Assembly (NCBI RefSeq): GCF_001194135.2 | Contig: NC_068989.1 | Span: forward strand, 37,576,186-37,639,932 | Source: Octopus bimaculoides | Taxonomy: Eukaryota | Direction of reading: 5' to 3' | Length of the DNA: 63,747 nucleotides | Shown: piece by piece, positions 46,429 to 59,879 of the stretch | Layout of the letters: every line of letters begins with the position of its first letter | Position numbering within the stretch: position 1 is the stretch's first letter | The notes under the pieces: model-generated | Seen by the model: only the letters and a program-made list of their open reading frames with translations | Databases searched by the model: none | Told to the model about the DNA's origin: nothing | Made by a program: the position numbers and the translations under genes

Positions 46429-48515
46429 ATGTGCGTGTGTGTACAAAAGTAGAAAGACACGTAAACGATAACGCCTGTATCTATACGAAAAATTGTGTTA
46501 AACTGTATACGCAACTTCTCATGTAAATACTTTCTTGACGCCTGTTTTCGTTTGTCTGTCTTTTTACTTCTATACCCGTTCGATTTCAATTGTTCTCTAG
46601 GCTGACTTTTTTTTATCTCTCGACTACTTCACTCCGATGCAGATGGAATTTAAGATTCTGATCTCTCTGAGTACTACTTGGTGACTATTTACACCACACT
46701 TAAACTAGCGTGTTATCACCATTTGTTTATTTGTATATACATATATGCATGCAAAAAAAAAAGGGGCTTCCATTGAGTTCCCGTCTACCAACTTCCCTCA
46801 CAAGTTATTGGTTGGCTTGGGGATATACTAAAAGGGTGTCGTGAAATGAAACAAACCAGAAATCACGTAGTTTGTGGTTGCGAACCATGCGGTTCTCCAG
46901 AATATTTGTAGGTGCAATGGTTAAAGCAAATTAACGATCAATAAGCCATGTATATTTGTATGTATGTGCGTATATGCCTGCTTGCATGTGTATGTTCGTG
47001 ATGGCGGTAGTGGCGATGGTGGTGTCGGTGGTGGTGGCGGTGGTGGTGCGTGTGTGTGTGTGCGTGTGTTTGTGCGTATACACTTATTCACGATTCACCT
47101 TCCTGTCGGATATGTCGCTTATTTGATCGGACATTTCACTAGTAACGAGTAAAAGAGAAAAGATAAAAAGTCTTATTTTATTTTATCAAAACTGGCTGTT
47201 ATCTTCTTCCGACTGTTCATTCTTCCATTAAGTCAGAGATATTTTGCAGACATTTCTATTCCTTACTTCGGGTCTTATTTGGAATGTGTGTGCTATGAAA
47301 TTGCTCACATTTTCTAGAACCCCAAGGTCAGCCATAATCGATTCCAATTAGATCGGTTCACATTTCTCAGAACAATCCTGATCTACTTAAATGCATATCT
47401 CTCTTCACCGCTTACATTTAATATTTTCATGACTAAGCAAAACTGGCTATTTATTTCCGATTGTTGTTTTCTTATTAAAAAAAAAAATATACTAATTTTT
47501 TGTACCGACCCGATATTCTACTTCTACTTGGTGGGTCTCCCATGGATACGTTAGCATTCACAGCAAAATCTTAACGTTCACTGAGGAGATCGAATAAAAT
47601 CGGAACATGTCCGGAATTGTTTCTACAACCCGCAAAAAATAATTAAAAGGATATAAACCATAAACTTCATTAGTATTTCTTATTTGGGTTTTAATGTCTA
47701 CAGCATTCAATTAGCCTACAATGACGTGACTATTCTAGAACTGTGGCGTGGCTAAATGATCGAAATTCTAGGTCTATAGAACGCTCTAGCATTTACTACT
47801 GTAAGAAATGACGCTTGCATATGGCAACAAACATCATTTTGAATAGGATGTTAAAAATATGGAATAACATCCATTAGAAAAATATATAATTGATTTTTAG
47901 ATTTGGCACGTTATTATACATTATCTGTTGGGGCACAAACAGTCGAATAGTTAGACTCCGTCAGTGATAATTAATTTATCAAATAAGATATGATTATTTT
48001 ATCATCTCTGAGATTTGGACAGGTGGGTGTTGAACTCACAACTTAAAGAGATGTGACTAAACATCACAAAAACCTTTTAGTCTGATACTGCAATCTATCT
48101 AGACTCAAGGCTACAAATTTATGGAAGAGTTTAGGCCTGTCATGAGCATATAATGACTACTTAGGCCATAATTTATCTGGGTTCCATGACGTACAAGTTA
48201 CTGAAAGCACAATAGTTTTCTTTGAATGGGACCCCATTCTGTTAAGGAGTTAACCCCAGAAGTTACTGGTATTCTCAAGAGAGTAGAGTGGAGCAACGTG
48301 AAACGAAGTGCTTTGCTCATGAAAACAACATGCCTCCTCGGATGAGAATCGAAATTACGACCCTACGGTCAAGAGTCCGGGATGAAATACATGTAAAAGA
48401 GATCTGATTCCTGATTTCTGTGTTGTTGCTTAGCTCCTGTTTGATCGTTATTGATGAGGCATTTGACCAAAGTGTCCCATCTGTGATCATGCGTTTAATA
48501 TCTAAGACTACATTT

Positions 48516-48951
48516 AAGGCGGCGAGCTGGCAGAATTGTTAGCACTCTCGCGAAATGCTTAGTAGCATTTTACGCTCTGAGTTCAAATTTCCACCGAGGT
48601 CGACTTTACTTTTCATCCTTTTGGGGTCGATAAAATAAGTACCATTTGAGTTCTGGGATCAATGTAATCGACTTACACTCTCCACTAAAATTGCTGGTTT
48701 TCTGCTAAAATTTGAAATCCTTATTTAAGAGTACATTTAAAGTGCTGTGTTGGCAGAGTAGTTAGTACACAAGGCAAAATGCATAGCGGCGTTTCGTCCA
48801 ACTTTACGTTCTGAGCTCAAATTTTACTAGGCTCGACTTTCATCCCTTCATGATCAATAAAATGAGTACCAGTTAAACGCTAGGGTCAATGGATGTAATC
48901 GACTTACCCCCTCCCACAAAATTGCTGGCCTAATGCCAAAATTTTAAACTG
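48516..48951 (+). mobile_element. Two tandem SINE family A copies framed by an 18-bp direct repeat
   Basis: ATATCTAAGACTACATTT at 48498-48515 and 48952-48969; a 2-mismatch copy lies between the SINEs (~48722-48738). Confidence 0.9.
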
Positions 48952-50889
48952 ATATCTAAGACTACATTTTACAATTTGTCCTAATTTTAAAAAAGGTGTG
49001 TGTACTGTAAGAAACATTTGACTGCTATTTCTATTTTTTGTAGGCTGAAAGACTGTGTAGTGGGCTCCCTCATTTGCTCGTTAAGGTTGAGTAACTAATA
49101 TGAGGCGCTAATTTATCGGTACGATCACATTATCTTGCACGAGAAAATCTTAAATGGAGGGAAGCGATATGCTAAGGTGAACAGTAGACAAAACTGAAAA
49201 AAAAAAAAAGCAGTACAGTTCTCGTTGCTAAATTTCTCTTAACACCAGTTGACTCATCAGGTTATATTCAAGTGTTCTCACTTCGCTGTTTGTCAAAATA
49301 CTGTTATCATTTCTATCTCACTTTCTTAGATGGTGGTAATGGAAGATATATATGTTTTGTTTTAAATATTTGCGATGTCCTAGTGTATCCTTTATCTTCT
49401 ACATACTGACGTTATTTCCTTCAGATCTAGATACTTTAGATACATTAGTGTCTTACATGTGTGTCTTTATGCGTATGCATCCGTAGGTGTCTGTGTTGTG
49501 TGTGTGGGGTGGGTGGGAATGCGGAGACAGAAAGATATATAGAGGAAAAAAAGCTTTGATACCTTCGTTTGATATCCCCACGATATCTGTTGATCGTCAT
49601 AGCAATAGAATGTAAACAAGATTTCACATCAGAGTATGTCAGTTTGTAAATATTCCCTTCCTACGTTTTCAATCAATGTCAATGTTATCTCGGTAAGAAT
49701 CTAATCAATTCCTTCTTAAGAGTTCTCTTACAAAACAAGGATTAAGTTGGAACAATTATTACAAAGAAGAAAGTATTTTCAGTGAAGTTTACTTAAAAAC
49801 ATTTTTAAAGTGGATTTTTCTCATTGCTTCCACTTCTCTTTTGTGTTCAGTTATTACTTGGTGTTGTGTATTGTCTTGTTGTTGTTGCTGTTGGTCGTGT
49901 GAATTGCTATTAGTAAGTAGTATATATTTTATGTACGACACGAGCTGAAACAATTTTAAGTGTTTCATATATATATATATATATANNNNNNNNNNNNNNN
50001 NNNNNNNNNNNNNNNNNNNNNNNNNNNNNNNNNNNNNNNNNNNNNNNNNNNNNNNNNNNNNNNNNNNNNNNNNNNNNNNNNNNNNNNNNNNNNNNNNNNN
50101 NNNNNNNNNNNNNNNNNNNNNNNNNNNNNNNNNNNNNNNNNNNNNNNNNNNNNNNNNNNNNNNNNNNNNNNNNNNNNNNNNNNNNNNNNNNNNNNNNNNN
50201 NNNNNNNNNNNNNNNNNNNNNNNNNNNNNNNNNNNNNNNNNNNNNNNNNNNNNNNNNNNNNNNNNNNNNNNNNNNNNNNNNNNNNNNNNNNNNNATATAT
50301 ATATATATGCATGTGTGTATGTATGTATGTATGTATGTATGTATGTATGTATGTATGCATGCATGTGTGTATGTATGTATGTATGTATGTATGTATGTAT
50401 GTATGTATGCATGTATGAAGATGTGCTCCAGCATGGCCGCAGTCAAATGACTGAAACAAGTAAAAGAGTATGTCGTCAGGATGACTGACAATAGAAGTCC
50501 AAAAGTTCTTATGTAACAACTCCATAATGGCAGGAGAAGCATAGAAACGGCTACGGATGTGGTTATGAGGACAAACTCAAAATTTAGCTGAAAGTGAGAA
50601 AGATTTCTCCAAAAAAATGTGAAAATACTGCATTGCATTGCAGTGACAGGAGGTTAAAAATAAGTTATGAATTAAGCCGTCTGGATCATCTTAAAGAACT
50701 AAAAGCGAAGGCAATGTCTTGAACTAACAAGCCAGCCGATTTGTATAACAATCCTTTTCTCCAGTCTGTAGACTTGTCTGTAAATCGTTGGCGGGATTAA
50801 TGTTTCATAAGATATAAAAACAAAAGAATAAAATGTTAGAGCCTCATACGTCGAAATCAACGGGAAAATCCCTTATTACTATCATTATT

Positions 50890-51446
50890 GAGTGAGAGAG
50901 TAGTACGTGCCATCAAAGTGACACGGGGATACAAATATACGAAGCCCAAAATACCCAACATCACTACTCATATGATTAGAGTACACCAGACACATGCATC
51001 TCAATCATATGTGCGCTGCATGATGATCTCATATCAAGAAAAACAGCGCATGACATTGCAGGTGGGACCCAGTTAGAATTTTTTTCAGGTTGAGTAGCGC
51101 ATCCCACTCAAAAGGCCCCTGGATAAGGGTTGCTTAAGAAGGTTGAACGAAACATTCATGTTTCCAAAGGTGAATTATTCAAACACCAAAGAATTCCTCT
51201 CAGTACATGGCTGTGATGCTCCCCCACTACTTCTGCTCGTGATCAGAAATGCAAATATTGTCAGCCACTAAGGGACAAGCTCAACTGGTTATGGTCAAAC
51301 AACTGACAAGCAAATCTGTGGTATTGAGCAGAATATTTGCTGTAGCCCATCATCTATATCAAGACAAAACACTGTACATGATAACACTTCCAATCAGTTA
51401 AGATCAGAAACCATTAGAGTCACTGCTTGGTACTGCATCAGGGCAT
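50890..51446. mobile_element. Unclassified ~555-bp interspersed element (copy 2)
   Basis: Collinear with 42795-43352. Confidence 0.85.
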
Positions 51447-51449
51447 ATT

Positions 51450-51815
51450 ATTAGTGGAGGGAAAGTGCAACAACATTCTCGGGGAAACTCTTGGCGTCGA
51501 TGAAGATCAACTAACCGGTCTGTTTCGGAGAACTTTCGGGCCTGGGCCTATGGATAACTTCCAGAAATCCCTTGCCTAGCAGTGCTACCGAGGGGCGCTG
51601 CCTGTTCGAGATAAACTTTACAGGCACGGAAGTGCTGTCAGCCGAGCCTGCCCGAGGTACGCCCAGAACGATGAAACCGTTCTGCAAACCCTAGTCCAAT
51701 CCTGAATATTGCTGACTTGTGGGTTTATGTCGAACACCTACTGTCGCATGTAGGACGGATCCGGCTCTCAGCTAAATCCATTATAAAGATTGCTCAGCCG
51801 CCCTCTTTTATGCTC
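51450..51815 (+). mobile_element. Tx1/L1-like fragment (zinc-knuckle region), same family as 24043-25885
   Basis: 'CYRGALPVRDKLYRHGSAVSRACPRYAQNDETVLQTLVQ'; the DNA start resembles ~25065-25125. Confidence 0.8.
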
Positions 51816-52739
51816 ACTGTTCCCAGGGCTCCGACAATTATTGGTACTACTACCACCTTTTTCATCGACCACAACTGCTTCACCCCCCCCCCCAAGCTAA
51901 CCTGTCATATCTATCGACTTTTATTTCTTCCTTATCGCATACCTTGTTGTTAGCTATATCTATGATCCAACATCGTTTCATTTATTTCTCAATTAACACT
52001 ATCACGATTTGTATATTTCCCACTTCAGTTCATCATAGTTGTTAACTTTTTCTTTCTCTTCAATCCTGTTGTCATCAGGACATGTTATGTCAATTATCAG
52101 GCATGTTTTTCTTTTTCGTTTCTGTTCATCAGAACGTTGTCAGTTTCCGATGTTTCATCTCATGGTCACACTGAATCATTGCAATCTTAATTTTCGGTAA
52201 CTCTTTCTGCGATTTGGTCATACAACGTCTTTGATCTTTCTAGACCATAACCTCCACAGAGCTCCCAATGGATCATTATTGTCACATGCTTATGTTACCT
52301 TTTGTATTCGCGTTGTACCAATTTCGCGCATTCACTAACAATGTGCCACACTGTTTTCCCATTCTCTCCACGCATTCTGCATTTGTCACTCTCCGTTGTT
52401 TTATCAACTCTCCACTTCACATTGTTTGTCCTCTGCTACTGCTGCTGCTGCTGCTGCTGTCGCCGCAAACGCCGGCGCCGCCACCACCACCACCACCACT
52501 ACCATCACCACCACCATCACCACCACNNNNNNNNNNNNNNNNNNNNNNNNNNNNNNNNNNNNNNNNNNNNNNNNNNNNNNNNNNNNNNNNNNNNNNNNNN
52601 NNNNNNNNNNNNNNNNNNNNNNNNNNNNNNNNNNNNNNNNNNNTACTACTACTACTATGTTTTTGACTCGATCGGTTAATGTATCGACCTTTAAAATTGT
52701 CCTTCGTTTTCTAAAGAGAAAGAATAGAGAGACTGACTC

Positions 52740-53800
52740 CAGAGGGATTTCAATACCTTAGAAACATTGAAAATGAGAACAGTCTGACGATAGTTGTTTG
52801 GGACAGTGGGTTCACCTTTCGTTGGAATGGGACAAACTGGAGCTTACTTCCAAATATTAGGGTATATCCTTGTAGAAAATGAAAAATTAAAGAGTTTGTT
52901 GAGTAAAGAGACAAGCTGTGAGGCACAATGAATGAAATAACAAAAATGATCGTCTGAGAGCTAAGTATCACAGAGTGTACCTTAATGAATCGATGATTAC
53001 AAATATGAGTGAAAACCTTAATCAAGGCAGTTTGATAGACAATAATCTACTGTAGTAACTGTACAAAAAAGGTAAAGGTGAAACACAGTCCATTGCTGTA
53101 ATAACCAGAACGAGAGCGTATTGATTTTGGAGAAATTTTACCGATTAAAAAAATGAGCAGTTGTATTGATTGAATATACCTTGGTGTGTTACAAGTACTC
53201 GGTATGTTTACCATAACGGAGTTTAAATTCAAGACAGCGAGACATTATACTAGAGAGATACTGTGTATTATTCTAGAGAGACAAGTGAAGGGAAATTATT
53301 ACCATAAATTATTTAGGTTGTCTTATTTCTGCAAAACGTACAACCACACAAATACGAAAGAGCTGCCTGAGAGAGATGACGTAGCAAAGACAGTATCAAG
53401 ATATATGAACAGATGCATCGAACATGTTGCAGTAAGCATTGACGATTCAATGTGTTTGAAATAAACGGTTGAAGTTGGTTGGATTTTTTAAAAGATTAAG
53501 CTTATTGGCGGATCATGAAATTTGCAGACAATTTAAATAAAGTCTTAAAGAAAATACAGATAAGAAAATACATGTCTGTATTCTACGAGAGAGACAGGAA
53601 AATTAAAAATGCAGTTTAGTGAATACATCAAAGAAAAAAGAAAAAGGAATATTTTAAACAAGCACGTGATAATGTTGAAGTTCAAAGAAGTTTGGGAACC
53701 TTGAAAGATGGTGTTGGAGATTCAATTCATGCTGATGATTGCACAAATTATAAGGCAATAAATTGTCATTTGTATCAGCCAGAGAAATCTATACCTTGAG
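52740..53800 (+). mobile_element. Possible very decayed LINE remnant
   Basis: Purine-rich, stop-riddled region with fragments such as 'KEYFKQ' reminiscent of APE-RT linker regions. Confidence 0.25.
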
Positions 53801-54582
53801 CTGCGTATCACATTGAGACATCATCTGAGAGATTGATGGTCGTGGCTAACACTAACAGCTAACTCTTATAAAATGTAAGTTACATTCTATATATATACAT
53901 ATATCTTCATATAGAATATCTGTTACATTCCATATTCTAGATTTATGAATAAAGACATTCCAGCGATGGCCATTCCAGTTTTTGATGCATTCTGTACCCC
54001 GGCTACACACTATCAAATATTCCTTATTTAGACAGTGGATTGTGATTTGGATAGTTATGTTATCAGTAAATCAGCAAACATTGTATGTTTCTTCTTGTGA
54101 AGGGTGGAATTCGAAGCTGAATTACTAAGTTCAATCGTAATAATAATTTTTGATATTGATACAAAGTCATCAAGTTGGGGCTTTTAATTTAATGTCTCTG
54201 TTAAACTATAGCCCCACGTTTTTTCCATGTTCACAAAGCTAGACATTGTGCTTGGCTCTGATTTTTGTTTTTATTCTCTAACAAAAGTTTACTACTGAAA
54301 TACCACAAAACATTCATCTGATTATATAAATAGAAGTGTTAAACTCTACAGAACACCCATCTGACGAATCTTCCTTGTATTGTAAAAGGTTCGTAGTCTT
54401 GTCTTGTAACTTAGGGTTTTCGATAAAAACGAATGCGCGCAGTATTTGGTCACACAGACATCACTGCTCAATACATGTACAGCACTTGTATTCTGTTAAT
54501 CACACAGGTGTATCAATTACTAAAGAAGGCAACAAATTGCATTAAACTGCTAGAAGTAGCTGCCAATGTACCTTCAGGAAAG

Positions 54583-54623
<41 letters not shown>

Positions 54624-54929
54624 ACCACGACACGTTATACTTTGAACAAACACATATTGATCGCTACTGGAAAGTTTTCGGTTATAGATTTACCCGAATT
54701 TACCCAATCGAGTCTAACTAGGGGGTTAAACAAAAAACAAAACAAAACAACAAAAACAATAAAAGCAGGGTTAGTATCGATGATGCCATAAGGAAGAAGT
54801 TAGAAGTTCCAGCATAATTCACGTGGTGGGGAATAGGGTGAGGAGTAAGGTGTTGTCGACAGGAGCAGCAACAATGATATTGTTGAGGCGAGAAATAATA
54901 CCTTGAATATCGTTGCTGTTGATGACGAC

Positions 54930-55080
54930 GACGAGGAGGATGATGATGATGGTGGTGGTGGTGGTGGTTGTTATATCAGTGGTGGCAAGTGGCAATGATG
55001 ATGATGATGGTGTTGGTGGTAGTGATGATGATGATGATGATGATGAGGAGGAGGAGGAGGAGGAGGAGGAGGAGGAATGA
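54930..55080. repeat. Compound GAT/GGT/GAG trinucleotide tract
   Basis: Direct reading of the sequence. Confidence 0.95.
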
Positions 55081-57111
55081 ATATTATTGCTTAAACTGAT
55101 TCTTGATACTGATAAATGCAATTGTTTAAGAATCAAGAACAACAGCTCGCGCCCGCATACACACACACAATGCACACACGCACACACACACACGCACACA
55201 TACATACACACACACTCACATACACACACACGCACACACAAAGCACACGCGTATATAAACAATGCACCAAAATTCGATACATATTGATTTGTCTTGTTGC
55301 AATATCAGTGAAGATTAGAATCGATACGAGGAATTAGCTAAAGATGTGTTTTAGTTTTCTTTGAAAATGCAATTCTGTAACGTTTTGGTAAGTTAATGCT
55401 GAAGTTGTTTCTATGACAACATAACCCTTATCCTCAGTTATATTTCGATTCAAGGTTAAACCATGTCTATTTCTAACGTAAATAGTCTCCCTTCTCCATG
55501 TTCTTGGTGTTATTTAAACATCATTATTTATATGATACATATTTTGTTGGCAAGTCAGCTCTGATCGAGCAGACTTAATCAAAGCCATTCCGGCCATAAC
55601 TTTATCATAATTTTTGTTTAAATCTATCACTACATTGCCCAGTGTATCCTTCGTTTTCCCTCTTTTCTTTTTCATGTCTTTAAGGCAAGTAGCATGTGAT
55701 TTAAGGGAAATTTGGTTGCAATTTCTTACCAAGGTGACTACCACACGGACATTCTCTTCGATTCTACATTACCCGATTGTTTCTAATTTGTATAAACACA
55801 AATGTATTTGAAGTGAAACAGCTCAAGCCTTCACTTGATAATACTCTAAACCACGCGGGCGTCTTAATATAGACAATATGATTTCCAGTTCCTGTGTTGT
55901 TGTTGGTCATTTCTAAGCGGGACCTGATTAAGTAGGCCAATACTCAAAGGTAATCGAGCAATGCCCATGCATTCTGCTTTTCTTCATCTAGAATACTGTA
56001 CTCCTCACTGCAATATTCACTACGTCCTTACGTTTTTATTACAGCAGGATGTAGTCTGAGGGAGATTTGATTGTTATTTCTAACAAGTCAAGAGTAGTAG
56101 ATTGGCAGAATCGTTAGAGAGTTGGACGTTTACATTTTGTCAGTTTACATTTTATCCGTTCGCAGGTGATAATAAAAGACCAGTCAAATACGGAGGTGCA
56201 ACTTAATCGGCTAACCTTCACTTCTCAAATTCCTCCCGTTAGGCTGATGTTAAGGACAGCTATTTTTAGAGGGTCGAGTGACCATATAGAGAATTGCCAT
56301 TGACTCGTTTGGAACTTGATATTTTTTTTTAGACAGTGTTCGATTTATTATCTTAATTATCTCACCACAAATCCCCGAATAGTAAAAATTACTTTTCATC
56401 ACTCTATATTCTACAATATTAATTTCTAATAAAGGCACACAATACATTCAGTGGGAGAGGCGAATATAATCAATTTGATTATATTGATACTTATTCTACT
56501 GACTTCAGGAAGAAAGACAAAACGAATCCTGGCGATTTTGAATTCGGGACAGAAATAAATACCACGAGGTATTATTCTGTCCGACGCTTTACCGATTTTG
56601 CCTTCAATGCTATCTGGGATTCAATGATATCGATTTCCATCATTGGCTCAAGGCCACACATTTTAGAAACGAGTGTAGTCGATAAAATGTACTTGACTGG
56701 TACCATAAAGGGCCGTAACTAAGTATCAAATGGCGTTTTTCCTCGATATTCTAACTACTCTGTCAGTCCACCGGCCTAAGGCGTCGATAACATTAGCGTC
56801 AGTTATATACTAAAAGCTAATTTAAATGCATAAAAAATAAATCGATATCTCAAAATATGGTTTAGGCAGCGAGGCGATAAGATAATAGTAAGTCGATTCC
56901 ACAAACATTGTTATTGTTTTTCGGCCCTTGGTCGTTTCTGATTAAGTGGAACCATGATCAAAAGCGTTCCGCAATAACAATCGCATCATTTCTGTTTTTT
57001 CGTTTCTTCGGGTGTCGTATATCTAATATTGTTTGTAAAACAGGCACAACGCCAGGAATATTAATAGGAGGGATTAGTAGATTACATCGGCTCCAATACT
57101 TGACTAGTATA

Positions 57112-57320
57112 AAGTGGCAACCTGGCAGGATCGGCAGCACACCGAGCAAAATGCCTAGAGGCACTTCATCCGTCTTCACGTCCTGAGTTTAAGTTCCGCC
57201 GAGGTCGACTTTGCCTTTTACCGTTCAGAGTCGATAAAATAAGTACCAACCGAATACAGGGTCGGTATAACCGACTAATTCCCACCTCCAAAATTGCTGG
57301 TCTTGTGCCAGTGTTTGAAA
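57112..57320 (+). mobile_element. SINE family A nested in an opposite-strand SINE A, with 19-bp TSD
   Basis: ccaatacttgactagtata (57093-57111) vs ccaatatttgactggtata (57321-57339). Confidence 0.82.
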
Positions 57321-57419
57321 CCAATATTTGACTGGTATATTATTTTATCGACTTCAAAGGATGGAAGGTAAGGTATTTTGCCCGTCGTGTTTCATTTATT
57401 TGATATTGCATTACACATA

Positions 57420-57625
57420 AGGTGACGAACTAGCAGGTGCATTAGCATGCCGGGCAAAATGCTTAGCGGATTTTCATCCGTCTTTATGTTCTGAGTTCAA
57501 ATTCCATCCAGGTCGACTTTGCCGTTCATTCTCTCGGAGTCGATAAAATAAGTACCAGTTGAGCATTTAGGTCAGTGTCATCGACTTACCGCTTCCCCCT
57601 AAAGTTGCTGATCTTTTGGCAAAAT
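57420..57625 (+). mobile_element. SINE family A
   Basis: 'gccgggcaaaatgcttagcgg...gtcgactttgccgttcattctctcggagtcgataaaataagtaccagtt'. Confidence 0.88.
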
Positions 57626-58699
57626 CAATATTATGTTATGAAATATAATCTTATAATATGTTATTTTAAGACCTTTGAGTATGACATATGAGTAATGTGG
57701 CTTACGCTTTTTTGGCAAGTGACGCTACGGCACAGAGCTTCCCTTGACGACTTTGTTGCTGTGAGTGATAGTTGTGACCAAAAGTATTTCAGCAGTGTAC
57801 TTCCTGTCATTTTCCGAAGCACAGTGTACCTAAGGTTACATAATTTAGTGTTTACTTCTTTTCAAAAGCATCAGAGTGTATTCTGAAGGAGATTGGACTA
57901 GTATTTTTAGCAGGAGTCCAAGTGATTCTCTGAAGGCTCTTCTGATTTCGATTTTTCGTTACAATCATTTTTCCTTAAGTTTTTAGAAAGTCCTTAATCA
58001 GAAGTCCTATACTGTGTAATCTGTCTTTTCATATATTTTAATTGCTGGAACATTTCCAAACTTTTATATTCTGATAGAATAAATGACTTATATATTTAAA
58101 CGTGTTTATCAAAAGTAAGCTTAAAGCGGTAGGGGCGAGTCTGAGACAGAGTCTTCTTCCTACCATTTCACTTCATGAAGAAGTTTATGTTCATAAGCAA
58201 AGCATGAATACATCAACGTACCGCTCCAGCACAGCTAAAATTATATTGTTTCTCAATCTCTATGCAGTCAAATCTCTCTCAAAACGCACCCTACAATCTC
58301 AGAAATTGATACATTGGATTATGTAGTACAAAATCACTGGGGCTGGGGAAAAGAAAGCATGGTCACTGATAGAGCATCTTTGATTATAGGTTTGTCCATT
58401 CTGTACTGAAATGAAGTTAAGTAACAACATTATAGGTACTAGCCCCTCTAAACTGTGCATGCGTGCGTGCGTGCGCATACATTTGGCAACGTGTTCAGCA
58501 AAGCGATTAATGTAAGCACAAAAAATTAACGCATACACTAGAGTTCAACCAATGTTATAACTATCAACTTAGAATTATTATACATTTAGTTTCACGCACT
58601 TTCGTCACAGATAAAACTGTACTACATTAGATTTCAACGTAAGCTAACTTCTAAAATTTCAGAGTAGTACTTGTTTTGCAGGTGGCTCGATCTGGAACT

Positions 58700-59500
58700 G
58701 CAGCAATTAGATTGTGTAAGAACCATTTAATAACACCTAAAACTGTTAGATTCAAACTGAATTTAAATTCAATAAGAAGCAAGCGAAATAAAATATGTAC
58801 GGTTGTGCTAACAGAAAAAAAAAAGGCCAAGTCAAAATATTGCGTCACGTTGCATAGACTGTTGATTTCCTTTATTATATTTCAGGAAATCTTCCTTTAT
58901 CCAAGATAGATTATTTAAAGGGAATATTTTACCGGATATAATAGAAATATTAGATAGTCAACGTTCGTAGTACAATATCACGTCCTGTCTTATTTATGTT
59001 GCCTAACTTCTCACTTGCGTTGCTTAAAAGTCTTTTTATAAGTAATCCATCTACGTACCGCTTCAAGCAAAGTACAATACTCTTAAATCTAATAAGCAAA
59101 AAGCCAAAATTTTCTTCACTCAACAATAATTTGGTCATTGACACTATTCCATTGAAACTGAAAACAGTTGCAGTGAAATGTCAATGACACCTCAATAAAG
59201 AAATTTAGAGTGAGTTTAAAAGCCATTCTAGCTGTTTAACAGCATGTTATTAAATAGTCTGAATAGTTCTTCCACAATATCATTGCTACTCATAAAAATT
59301 ATAGAGAATTTATGGAGCTTCTATTTTCATAGTTTAAAGAAACCTCCATTGAGATTAAGTAAATTCAGATGTGTATCCTGTGTTGTTTACTTTCAGAAAA
59401 TTTCAGTTAATGTTTTATTTTTAAAACTCATTTTTATATTTTTTATATTTCATATATTTCTTTAGGCTGACGAGGTTAAAGACTTAAACTTTATTCCAGC
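58700..59500 (-). mobile_element. Possible decayed CR1/L2-type RT C-terminal fragment
   Basis: 'LSNASEKLGNINKT..DIVLRTL' resembles 'SKA..MLG.I.R.....L.TLY'. Confidence 0.3.
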
Positions 59501-59879
59501 ATCTATAGCATTGAGACCTTAAGTAACAATGATGATGATCGTTGATGTTTACCCTTAATTCAGCGTTTATTAACTAGATTCGTTGTTTTGCTTCGGTAGA
59601 AGTAGCAGTGTGGTATTGGTAAATGATTCGTTATTGCGTTGTGCCAATGACGATTCTTTTTCCTATTTTTTGGTGAACATTACTGACAGTAAAGATATGT
59701 CGTCCGATTGGCAGGATGTTGGGCTGATGATCATGGAATAATGGATTTCATTCCTAGACAGAGAGGCGGCGCATTGTGTCCTTGAGCAAGATACATCATT
59801 TCGTGTTTCTTCAGTTTACTCATGTGTACCAACCTAGTTTTGGTGCAGCCTTCACATCTTCGAAACCTCCAACTTTCAC

